DNA from: Dehalococcoidia bacterium
GTDB lineage: Bacteria > Chloroflexota > Dehalococcoidia > Bin125
NCBI GenBank assembly: GCA_963662615.2
Contig: CAXXSR010000001.1
Location: 672,001-736,000, forward strand
Length of the DNA stretch: 64,000 nucleotides
Reading direction: 5' to 3'
The translations under genes and the position numbers were made by a program. The notes under the pieces were generated by a model. That model saw nothing but the letters and a program-made list of their open reading frames with translations, did not search any database and was not told where the DNA came from. This document shows positions 50,087 to 58,910 of this stretch, piece after piece; positions within the stretch are counted from its first letter, which is position 1; the number at the start of each line of letters is the position of its first letter.

Positions 50087-51184
50087 CTACGGGTCGCGAC
50101 GGCCCGGGTCAGAGCGGATGCCGCTGGCAGGACCGGCCGCCGCGGGCACCGTTGAATTGTGAGGGATCACTGCGTCCGTCAAGCTGGCCGCTGATCCCAC
50201 AACGGCGTCCTTCGCCAGAACACAACCGTCCACCCGCGCCGCCGCCTCTACCCGCACGCCGTCCCACAACACGCTGTCGCGAATCTCCGCGCCGCCGCCA
50301 ATCACGCAGTCGCGGCCGATAACCGCGGGGCCGCGCACCACTGCGCCCGCCTCGATCACGCTCCCTGCTCCCACCAGCAGTGGCCCCTCAAGGTGCGCGC
50401 CCGGCTCGACCGTGGCCCCCATGAGCAAAAAATCGCTCAGCGGCCACTCCAGATCCCGCCGACAGGGACCTACACCGGCCACGGCGTCCATGTTCGCGCG
50501 TCGGTACGCCGCCACCGATCCCACATCGAGCCAGTAGCCCTCATGCCGGAAGCCGTAGATCGACCGCCCCTCCGCGGCCAGCGCCGGAAACAGCGTCTCC
50601 TCCACGCGGCTGAAGGACGTCGCCGCCTCCGCCCCCAGCAGCGGCCGCGCGAACAGCCAGATGCCCGCGTTGATCCACCGCGACGGCGCCGACGCGGCCG
50701 GCGGTTTCTCCACGAAGTGGGTGATCCGGTCGGCGTCATCCAGTGCCACCACGCCGAACTCCGACGGATCCTCCACCTCCGACAGCCCGATCGTCAATTC
50801 CGCCTCCCGCGCCTCGTGGAACGCGATCAACGCGCCAATGTCCAGATCCGTGATGATGTCGCCGTTGATGACGAAGAACGGCGCGTCCCATCCCGCCGCG
50901 ATACTGGCGATGGCCCCGCCCGACCCCAGCGGCGTCTCCTCGTTGACGTAGCGCAGCTCCACTCCCAGCGCACGCCCATCCCCCAACGCCTCCTCAATGA
51001 CGTCGCCGGCGGCCGCGCCCGCCAGCGCGATCTCCGTCACGCCGGCCTCACGCAGATGCCCCAGCAGATGCGACAGCAGCGGCCTGTTGAGCACCGGCAC
51101 CAGCTGCTTGGGCGTCTTGAACGTCAGCGGTCGCAGCCGCGTCCCTTCCCCGCCCACCAGCAAGATTGCCCGCATTGACGTCAT
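50087..51184 (-). CDS. NDP-sugar synthase (mannose-1-phosphate guanylyltransferase-like)
   Basis: GGEGTRLRPLT..TPK, NGDI, FVEKP, INAG, YWLDVG, hexapeptide tail. Confidence 0.88.
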   Translation of the reverse strand: MTSMRAILLVGGEGTRLRPLTFKTPKQLVPVLNRPLLSHLLGHLREAGVTEIALAGAAAGDVIEEALGDGRALGVELRYVNEETPLGSGGAIASIAAGWDAPFFVINGDIITDLDIGALIAFHEAREAELTIGLSEVEDPSEFGVVALDDADRITHFVEKPPAASAPSRWINAGIWLFARPLLGAEAATSFSRVEETLFPALAAEGRSIYGFRHEGYWLDVGSVAAYRRANMDAVAGVGPCRRDLEWPLSDFLLMGATVEPGAHLEGPLLVGAGSVIEAGAVVRGPAVIGRDCVIGGGAEIRDSVLWDGVRVEAAARVDGCVLAKDAVVGSAASLTDAVIPHNSTVPAAAGPASGIRSDPGRRDP

Positions 51185-51303
51185 CGTGAGCCCGCGTCTC
51201 TTCGCCGCTCCTCCGCCCCCGGCCGCCGCAGGCGGCCTCCTCCACCCCCGGCCGCCGCGGGCGGCCTCCTCCACGGCGCAGCGACCTGCTGCCGGCGCTC
51301 AGC

Positions 51304-52701
51304 CTACGCGCGCGGCGTCACCTCCGGCAGCGACACCTCCGGGTCCCGGCTCAGCACCTCCCAGACGATCTCTCGAATCTCGTCCTGCCGCTCCTGCGTC
51401 TTCGCTTCAAAGCGCACCGTCAAGACGGGCCCCGTGTTGGATGCGCGCACCAGCGCCCAGCCATCGCCGAAGTCAATGCGGGCGCCGTCCACTTCCATCA
51501 CCGGGTACGCCTCACGAAAGTGGCTCACCACCTTCGCCACGACGCCGAATTTCTTGTCGTCCGCTGAAGCCAGCTTGATCTCCTCCGACGTCACATAGCG
51601 CGGCAGATCGGCGAACAGCTCCGACGCCGGCTGGTTGGCCTCCGCCAGCAGCCGCGCCACCAGGCACGCCGCGTAGACCGCGTCGTCCACTCCGTAGTAG
51701 TCCTCCGCGAAGTAGAAGTGCCCGCTCCCTTCGCCGCCCAGCAGGAAGCCCTCGTCACGCAGTTTCCGCTTCACCAGCGAGTGCCCGGTGGGGCCGAAGA
51801 CCGGCTCCCCCCCGTGCGCCCGAATGTCGTCCACCGCCGTCAGCGACATCTTCACGTCCACCAGGATGCGCGCCCCCGGATGCCGCGAGAGCAAGTCCCG
51901 CGCGAAAATCGCCACCACCGCGTCCGGGTCGTGCCGCACGCCCTGTTCGTCCACCAGGCCCATGCGGTCCCCGTCGCCGTCCCAGGCGATGCCCAGATCG
52001 GCGCCGCTCTCCCGCACCGCCTCTCGAAGCCCTTCCATGGTGGCCGGATCCTGCGGGTCCGGCAGGTGCGCCGGAAACGTGCCGTCCAACTCCAGGTTGA
52101 TGCCCTGGACCTCGGCGCCGATGCGGCGCAACGCCTCCGGCCCCGTCAGCGTCGCCACCGCGTTGGCGGGGTCCACCATCACCCGCAGCGGTCGCGACAG
52201 CTTGAACCGCGACGCCAGCAGATCCACGTACTCGGGGATCGCCTCGCGGCTCTCCAGGCCCCCCTCGCCCTCCTCGAAGTCGCCTGCCTCGGCGATCCGG
52301 CGCACCTCCTGAATCTCCTCCGGCGAGAGCGGGATCCCCCGCCGCTCCAGCAGCTTGAAGCCGTTGTATTGCGCCGGATTGTGACTCGCGGTGACGTTCG
52401 ATCCGCCGTCGATCCCCCACGACGCCGCCGCGAAATACTGCAGCGGCGACGGCGACAGCCCAATGTCCACCACTGACACGCCGCTCGCCCGCAACCCCCG
52501 CACCAGGCCGTCGCGCAGCTCATCCGATGAGGGACGGTTGTCCCGCCCCACCACCGCCCGGTCCACCCCGTATGACCGCCGCAGGAGCGTCGCGTACGCG
52601 CGCCCCACCCGCTCCGCGATCGGCCCCGTCAGGTCCTTGCCGGCGACCCCGCGGATGTCGTAGGCCCGGAACATGTGCGGATTGAGCAGCGGCGCCGCCA
52701 T
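51304..52701 (-). CDS. Phosphomannomutase/phosphoglucomutase
   Basis: FRAYDIRG, TASHNP..YNG.K, DGDGDR, GEGSGH, VRASNT. Confidence 0.93.
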   Translation of the reverse strand: MAAPLLNPHMFRAYDIRGVAGKDLTGPIAERVGRAYATLLRRSYGVDRAVVGRDNRPSSDELRDGLVRGLRASGVSVVDIGLSPSPLQYFAAASWGIDGGSNVTASHNPAQYNGFKLLERRGIPLSPEEIQEVRRIAEAGDFEEGEGGLESREAIPEYVDLLASRFKLSRPLRVMVDPANAVATLTGPEALRRIGAEVQGINLELDGTFPAHLPDPQDPATMEGLREAVRESGADLGIAWDGDGDRMGLVDEQGVRHDPDAVVAIFARDLLSRHPGARILVDVKMSLTAVDDIRAHGGEPVFGPTGHSLVKRKLRDEGFLLGGEGSGHFYFAEDYYGVDDAVYAACLVARLLAEANQPASELFADLPRYVTSEEIKLASADDKKFGVVAKVVSHFREAYPVMEVDGARIDFGDGWALVRASNTGPVLTVRFEAKTQERQDEIREIVWEVLSRDPEVSLPEVTPRA

Positions 52702-52820
52702 CGCCTCATCCGTTCCTGCTGCCTGATCGCTGCGTCGGGGAGGACGCGAGCCGATCGCCGGGCCCTTGCCGGTCACCGCTCGCTCGCCCGCAGTCTACAC
52801 GAACCCGCCACCGCCCCCGA

Positions 52821-52998
52821 TCGCCCTGACTTGTCCTTCGCATAGCAGAATGGAGCCTGCCTGTCCTGAGCCTGTCGAAGGATCGCAGGGCCGAAAGGGG
52901 CTGGTCGAACGGCCCATCGCGCGTGCCGCGACAGCCATTGCGATCTCGTCTGACGCTTCGCTGCGGCAAGGCTCGCGCGAGGCCGCGGTCGCTCACCG
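52821..52998. repeat. ~175-bp direct repeat 1 containing nested micro-repeat copy E
   Basis: Near-identical to 53931-54104. Confidence 0.88.
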
Positions 52999-53242
52999 TC
53001 CACTGTCGCCGCGCTGCTTATCACCTCCATGTGCTTGCCGAGCAGCGGGTCGAGGAGCTTCTCGGCTCGGCACCTCCCGGACACGTTTCTCATCGCGCAT
53101 GGTCTAGCATGGAACCCGGTGCTGGGGGGCGTTCTCCCCATGCCCGCCTACATACTGATCGAGCCACCCATCCTAGATGCGACGTGTCGGCCGGCTCAGC
53201 GAAGCATGGCCCCAAGGCGGCCGCGCGAGAGGGAGTGACCAC

Positions 53243-53746
53243 GTGGAACGATGGCTGGGCATGGGGCTGATCGGCCTGGTGCTGCTCATCGGCGCGTGCG
53301 GCGGCGACAACGACAACGGCGCCGACGAACTCAGCCTCAACGAGTATTTCAGCCGCCTGCAGGCGCTCGCCGATGAGGTGAGAAGCCGGGCGGACGGCCT
53401 CGCCGAGCCAGTCAGCTTTGACGACGACGTCGCCGGCGTCTTCAACCAGAGCCTCGACATCTTCCGTGATTTCCTCAACGACGTTCGGGAGCTCAACCCG
53501 CCCAGCGAGGCACAGAGCGCGCACGAAGCCCTCGTCAGCGCGCTGGACCACTTCATCGACGCCAACGAGGACCTCGTCGGCCAGCTTGAGGATGCGAGCA
53601 CCGAGGCGGAGTCCCAGGCCATCTTCGAAAACGTGCCCGCGGAGGCCGAGGGGGCCCCCATCGGCAGCGCCTGCGCGGATCTCCAGCAGATCGCGACCGA
53701 CAACAACATCAGCGTTAATCTCGACTGCGGCAGCGATAACGAGTAG
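53243..53746 (+). CDS. Acidic helical lipoprotein
   Basis: LLIGACGG lipobox; PPSEAQSAHEAL; terminal C...LDC. Confidence 0.7.
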   Translation: MERWLGMGLIGLVLLIGACGGDNDNGADELSLNEYFSRLQALADEVRSRADGLAEPVSFDDDVAGVFNQSLDIFRDFLNDVRELNPPSEAQSAHEALVSALDHFIDANEDLVGQLEDASTEAESQAIFENVPAEAEGAPIGSACADLQQIATDNNISVNLDCGSDNE

Positions 53747-53749
53747 TGG

Positions 53750-53809
53750 TCCGCAGCAGAGCCGCCCCGCGGGGTTCCGAAGCACATACACCCAGTGCAG
53801 CGGCGACAC
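53750..53809 (-). pseudogene. Possible GIY-YIG nuclease 5' remnant
   Basis: HWVYVLRNPAGRLCCG resembles YVYxL...LYxG; only ~20 codons. Confidence 0.4.
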
Positions 53810-53930
53810 GAGCGAAACGGCTCCCCGGGCATCCTTCCGCAGGAAGGACCCGCTCTACTAACTGAGCTACCCCGGCTAGTCGTCCGCATTGCACCGATCC
53901 GGGACCGAGCCGTCAACTACCGTCCTCCGT

Positions 53931-54104
53931 TCGTCCTGACTTGTCCTTCGCATAGCAGAAGGAGCCTGCCTGTCCTGAGCCTGTCGAAGGATCGCAGGGC
54001 CGAAAGGGGCTCGTCGAACGGCCCATCGCGCGTGCCAAAGCCATCGCGATCTTGTCAGACGCTTCGCTGTGGCAAGGCTCCCGCGAGGCCGCGATCCCTC
54101 ACCG
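53931..54104. repeat. ~175-bp direct repeat 2 containing nested micro-repeat copy F
   Basis: Near-identical to 52821-52998. Confidence 0.88.
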
Positions 54105-54397
54105 GCTGACGCTGAGCCTGAAATCGCCAGCACCTGGCACTCCCGCCATTCGAGTGCTAGCCTGCTGCCGCCAATAACCGGTCGAGTGATCTGCCCACGG
54201 CGGCCGCCGTCCTGTGCCGCCGCCGGCTGCGTGCGCTGGTGGTCAGCGAGTGACCGCCGGCCTCCTCGCACCCCGCGGGAGTCAACCCGCCGCACTTGGG
54301 CGTCTCGGCTGCGTCTCCCTCGACGGGCGTGCCCGAGCACGGAATGGAAGCCGCCGTCAGCGGCCTCGCCCGTCGACCCGAGCGATGGAGGTGACCG

Positions 54398-56560
54398 ATG
54401 CAGTGTCTGATCCTTGCCGCCGGGGAAGGGAGCCGCCTGGCCTCGAACGGCGACCTCAAGCCACTCTTCCGCGTCGCCGGCCTCCCCCTCCTCGAGCGCG
54501 CCGTAGTCTCCGCCCACCGCGCCGGGGCGACGGACATCCGTGTCGTCACCGGCTACCGCGCCCCCGAGGTCGAGGCCTTCCTCACCGACCTCACCCAGCG
54601 ACGGGGCATTCCGGTCCAAGCCCTCCGCAATCCCCACTGGCATGACGGCAACGGTCGCTCCGTCCTTTGCGCCCGCGACGAGCTCGACGAGCCCTTCCTC
54701 CTCCTCATGGCCGACCACGTGCTCGACGAGACCATCCTCCACACCCTCGCCGCCGAACCCCTCGCCGCCGACGAACTAGTCCTCGCCGTCGACTCCGCCA
54801 TCGACGATAACCACACCGTCGATGTTGTCGACGCGACCCGTGTCCGCCTCGATGGGACCCGCATCGTCGACATCGGCAAGGGCATCCCCCGCTTCGACGC
54901 CTGCGACACCGGAGCCTTTCTCTGCTCGCCGAGTCTCTTCGATGCGCTCGACGAAAGCCTTTCTGACGGGGACTCCACGCTCTCCGGCGGCGTCCGCCGC
55001 CTCGCGGCCCGCGGCAAGCCCCGCGTCGTGGACATCAACGGCCACTACTGGGTCGATGTCGACACACCGGCCGACGCCGACACGGCCCGGGCGCTGCTGT
55101 ACGCCACCCTGGCCAAGCCAGACGACGGCTTGATCGCTCGCACGATCAACCGCCGCCTCTCCCTGGGCCTCCTGACGCCCTTGCTCCTGCGCTTCCCCGG
55201 CGGGATCACCGCCAACCAGGTCACGCTCCTCAGCTTCCTCGTCGCGGGCGCCGCCGCCGGCTTCTTCTTCGCTGCCCTTCCCCTGCTGGGTGGCATCGCT
55301 GTGCAACTCGCCAGTGTGCTGGACGGCTCGGACGGCGAGGTCGCACGGCTCAAGAAGCAGGAATCCGACTTCGGCCGCTTCTTCGACGCCGTCGTCGACC
55401 GCTACGCGGACGCGCTCATCCTCTTCAGCATGTTCTTCTTCGCCTGGACCAGCGTCGACCTCGAGACGCTCCTGGGCGCCGCGCACGACCCAGTGGCCCT
55501 GGGCGCCGGCCTCCTTGCCATTGCCGGCACCGTCATGGTGAGCTACACCTCCGCCAAGGCGGTGGCCGACCTCGGCTACGCCTACCAGGCTCGCTGGATC
55601 GCGAGCGGCCGCGGCCGCGACCTCCGACTCTTCCTGCTCTTCTTGGGCGGCGTGCTCGCCATCGTCCATCCCCTCGCCGTCCTGATCGCCCTCGTCGCGG
55701 TCGCGATACTGACGAACGCCATCGTCTTGCAGCGTCTGCGCCTCTCCCATGCGCAGACGGGCCGCCCCAACCCCTTCGCGGGCGCCCGGACCTCGGCCAT
55801 CGTGCTCGATTTCGACGGCACGGTCGCCGACACGATGCCGATGCTCACCGCGCTCGCCACGGGGCTGATCACCGAGCGCTACCACGTCCCGGCCGCCCGC
55901 GCCCAACGCCGTTACCGGGACACCACCGGGCTCGATTTCGCCAGCCAGCTCGAGCGGCTCTTCCCCAACCACCCCGCCAACTTCGTCGTGTCGCACCAAT
56001 TCGAGGACGCCAAGCGCGACGAGATCCTCGGGCGCCCCGTTTTCCCCGAAGTCATCTCTGCACTCGCCTTCTTCCGGACGCGCGGTATCCAGACGTTCCT
56101 CTGCAGCAGCACAACGCCCGACATCGTCGCTGCCTACGTCGAGCGCCACCGCCTCGCTGGACACCTGGACGCCACCACCGGCTTCCGGCCGGGCTACCGC
56201 AAGGACGCCCAGATCGCCGGCCTGCTTGAGGCGCACGGCATCTGGCCCGAGGAAGCTGTCTTCATCGGCGATTCGCTCGTCGACGGCGCCTTCGCCCGAG
56301 CGGCCGGTGTCCGCTTTGTCGGCCTGCAGCGCGTCTTCACGGCCGCCGAGTTTCGCGCTCGCGGCCTCGCCAGCGCCGCCGACCTCGCGGCGGTCACCCG
56401 CCTCTGGACGAAGGCGCAAGCCTTCGAGTCCTCGACCCCGCAGGCGATCGCCAGCCGACCGCCCCGCCGACCTTGGTCGGGCCTGACGGCGCTGGCACCG
56501 CCGCTACCGCCGGCGCCCGCGCCGTACCCTTCCCCCGCGACTCCGCCTGATAACGCCTGA
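54398..56560 (+). CDS. IPCT/DIPPS-like nucleotidyltransferase + CDP-alcohol phosphotransferase + HAD hydrolase fusion
   Basis: ILAAGEGSRL, LMADH, WVDVDT; DGSDGEVARL..GRFFDAVVD; LDFDGTVADT, FIGDSLVD; GGAGGT RBS. Confidence 0.87.
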   Translation: MQCLILAAGEGSRLASNGDLKPLFRVAGLPLLERAVVSAHRAGATDIRVVTGYRAPEVEAFLTDLTQRRGIPVQALRNPHWHDGNGRSVLCARDELDEPFLLLMADHVLDETILHTLAAEPLAADELVLAVDSAIDDNHTVDVVDATRVRLDGTRIVDIGKGIPRFDACDTGAFLCSPSLFDALDESLSDGDSTLSGGVRRLAARGKPRVVDINGHYWVDVDTPADADTARALLYATLAKPDDGLIARTINRRLSLGLLTPLLLRFPGGITANQVTLLSFLVAGAAAGFFFAALPLLGGIAVQLASVLDGSDGEVARLKKQESDFGRFFDAVVDRYADALILFSMFFFAWTSVDLETLLGAAHDPVALGAGLLAIAGTVMVSYTSAKAVADLGYAYQARWIASGRGRDLRLFLLFLGGVLAIVHPLAVLIALVAVAILTNAIVLQRLRLSHAQTGRPNPFAGARTSAIVLDFDGTVADTMPMLTALATGLITERYHVPAARAQRRYRDTTGLDFASQLERLFPNHPANFVVSHQFEDAKRDEILGRPVFPEVISALAFFRTRGIQTFLCSSTTPDIVAAYVERHRLAGHLDATTGFRPGYRKDAQIAGLLEAHGIWPEEAVFIGDSLVDGAFARAAGVRFVGLQRVFTAAEFRARGLASAADLAAVTRLWTKAQAFESSTPQAIASRPPRRPWSGLTALAPPLPPAPAPYPSPATPPDNA

Positions 56561-56583
56561 CCGGACTCGGCACGCGGATCGGC

Positions 56584-56695
56584 CCGTTCGCCCCGACCTG
56601 TCCTTCGCATAGCAGAAGGAGCCTGCCCGTCCTGACCTGTCCTTGCCTTCCAGGGAAGGAGCCTGCCGAAGGGCCGAGCGGCCTGTCCTGACCTT
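56584..56695. repeat. Multiply nested micro-repeat, copy G
   Basis: ccgttcgccccga[cctgtccttcgcatagcagaagga]gcct-gcccgtcctga[cctgtccttgccttccagggaagga]gcctgccgaagg. Confidence 0.85.
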
Positions 56696-56714
56696 GCCCA
56701 GAGCGCTTCGCGAC

Positions 56715-57020
56715 CTAGCGATGCTGCTGCAGTGCCTCGACGTATGCATTCTGCGCGGCGATGTGCGCTTCCAGCGCCTCACGCTCCTGCGTCTGCGCCG
56801 CCACGAGCCGATCCAACACCTCCGGCGTGATCTCCCCTGGCTCCGTGCGCGGCCCGGTCGACACGTCGAAGACGGGGAAGAATTTGCGAGTAAGTTCGGC
56901 GTGGAGCTTCTGGGCCTGCATGTACGCCATCATGGCTTCGCGCGACGTGCGGCGCCGGCGTTCAAGTTCTTCGTCGGACACGGTATCTGTCCATTCCTGA
57001 TCGGCAGTGGCACCTACCAA
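56715..57020 (-). CDS. Small hypothetical helical protein
   Basis: Protein-like composition; true start probably downstream of 57020. Confidence 0.4.
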   Translation of the reverse strand: MVGATADQEWTDTVSDEELERRRRTSREAMMAYMQAQKLHAELTRKFFPVFDVSTGPRTEPGEITPEVLDRLVAAQTQEREALEAHIAAQNAYVEALQQHR

Positions 57021-57622
57021 ACGCAGAGATCGGGACCGAGCGATACGGCAGCTACGGGCCCGGCCGGGCGATTCCTCGCCCAGAGTTGGCCAGCCTGCCG
57101 CTCCCCTCTATCGCTGGCGATTCCGTCCGGAACGACCTGGGATGCACGGTCGCGGATCGAACCTGACACGAGACTTTCGAGGAAATCATGAGCCGCCTGC
57201 GCGAGGAGCATACGGCGCGCTGCCCCGTCGTCGCGTTTAGTCATCGCACCCAAGCGTAGCTGCCGCCGGCCTAGCGCGGTCGATACGATCAGTCGCGCCG
57301 CCGGCGTTCAGTCCATCACCGCAGCGGCTGCTCATGCTCCTCAGCAGCAGCGCTGGAGGTCGCGGAGCTGCCCTACCCGGCTACGACTAACAGAGTGACC
57401 TCGCCCTCCTTCGCCCCTAGCTGCTCGAGCGAATGGGTCACTCGTCCCATCGCGAATGGGGCGGGTGCACCTGTGGCGCTGATGGCGCGCTCGGTAGTTT
57501 CGTATCAGTCGCGAAGGTGCCCGGTGCGGCCGAGCACCCTCGCGGCTCGGCAAGTTCGCGAGCATCGCGGCGCCGACGCCTGGAAACGACGCCTGGAAGC
57601 AATGCCTGGAAGGAGTGAATCG

Positions 57623-58228
57623 ATGTTTCGTAACGGAGTCCCACGGGTGGAGTCGGACGATGACCTGGCCCATGGCCAGAGTGTGATCATCGCCGCGCGC
57701 TGGATTTTGGTCGTCGCCGGCCTCGTGCTGGCGATCTGGAATCCCGGCGGTCTCGTCGAGCTGCAGGTCGCGATCGTCGTGATCCTCGGCCTGGCGCTCG
57801 GCAACTTCGCCCTGCACACGCAAGTCCTCGGGAAGGGGCCGTCAATGGCCCGGGTGGTCTACGCGGCCAGCGTGGCCGACTTGGCGGCAATCTCTCTGCT
57901 GATCATCTCCGGAGGCGGTTTTCCGGCCGCGCCCTACGTGTTCTACCTGCCCGCGCTCCTGGCGATCTCGGTGACGTTCCGCACGGAGGTCATGGCGCTC
58001 TATACGGCGGCGGCGCTGGGCGCGTACGGACTGATCGCCGTCGTCACGGCGAGCGGGGGCGATCTGCTGACGGTGCTGATCGAACTCCTCGTGCTCGCCG
58101 CCGTGCCGGTCTGCGGCAACGTCTACTGGCGCTTGGAGCGCGACCGACGGAGCCGCGCCGGGCAACAGACAGAGGTCGACCCCCTGACGTCGCAGGCCGC
58201 AGAGGGAAGCTGGCCCCGGCCTGCCTGA
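57623..58228 (+). CDS. Multi-pass membrane protein (paralog 1)
   Basis: ~6 hydrophobic segments; AAGGAG RBS; similar to next gene. Confidence 0.78.
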   Translation: MFRNGVPRVESDDDLAHGQSVIIAARWILVVAGLVLAIWNPGGLVELQVAIVVILGLALGNFALHTQVLGKGPSMARVVYAASVADLAAISLLIISGGGFPAAPYVFYLPALLAISVTFRTEVMALYTAAALGAYGLIAVVTASGGDLLTVLIELLVLAAVPVCGNVYWRLERDRRSRAGQQTEVDPLTSQAAEGSWPRPA

Positions 58229-58258
58229 TCCACTGAGTCATACCACGAGAGGTGAGTC

Positions 58259-58876
58259 ATGCTACGCAACAGGACTACTGCCCAAGAAGCGGCCGAGGAC
58301 ATCTTCTTCGGCCAGCTCGTGATGAACTGGGCCCGATGGTTCGTCATCGGCGCCGCGGCCATCCTGATTCTCGGCACCGCAGAGCGGACCACGGACTTGG
58401 TCTTCGGCATCTGGCCCGTCGTTGGGCTGATGGCGGTCAACTTCTACCTGCATGGGCGCCGCATCGGGGAACGCCCCGCCAATCCGCGCCTGATCATGCT
58501 GGCCAGCGTGCTGGACGTGGCGGTCATCACGGTCGTCATTCTCACCGGGCTGGGCGCCGGCCTGGGCGACGGTATTCACAGCCCCTTCTTCGTCGCCTAC
58601 TACCCCGTTGTCTTGGCCTTCGCCTTCGTCATGCAGCCCCGGACGACCGTCGTCTACACCGTGGCGGTGCTGGCCGCCTACGCGGGTGCATGCGTCCTCG
58701 CCGACGGCACAACGGTGCTCAGCTCCTCGGCCGAACTTGAGAAGCTGGCGGCGCGCCTGATCACGCTCGCGGCCGTGGGCGGCCTCGGGACCTACTTCTG
58801 GCGCATCCAGCGGCGTCGACGCCACGCGCTCTTGGCTGAGGAGCCTGGCGTCGCCAACCACCCGGCGGGTTCGTAG
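58259..58876 (+). CDS. Multi-pass membrane protein (paralog 2)
   Basis: ~6 hydrophobic segments; GAGGTG RBS; shares GQ..ARW, NF.LH, AS..D, Y.P, G..(Y/F)WR motifs with upstream gene. Confidence 0.8.
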   Translation: MLRNRTTAQEAAEDIFFGQLVMNWARWFVIGAAAILILGTAERTTDLVFGIWPVVGLMAVNFYLHGRRIGERPANPRLIMLASVLDVAVITVVILTGLGAGLGDGIHSPFFVAYYPVVLAFAFVMQPRTTVVYTVAVLAAYAGACVLADGTTVLSSSAELEKLAARLITLAAVGGLGTYFWRIQRRRRHALLAEEPGVANHPAGS

Positions 58877-58910
58877 AGCGAGGAACGGTTGCGAGCGGGA
58901 CGACGTCGCT

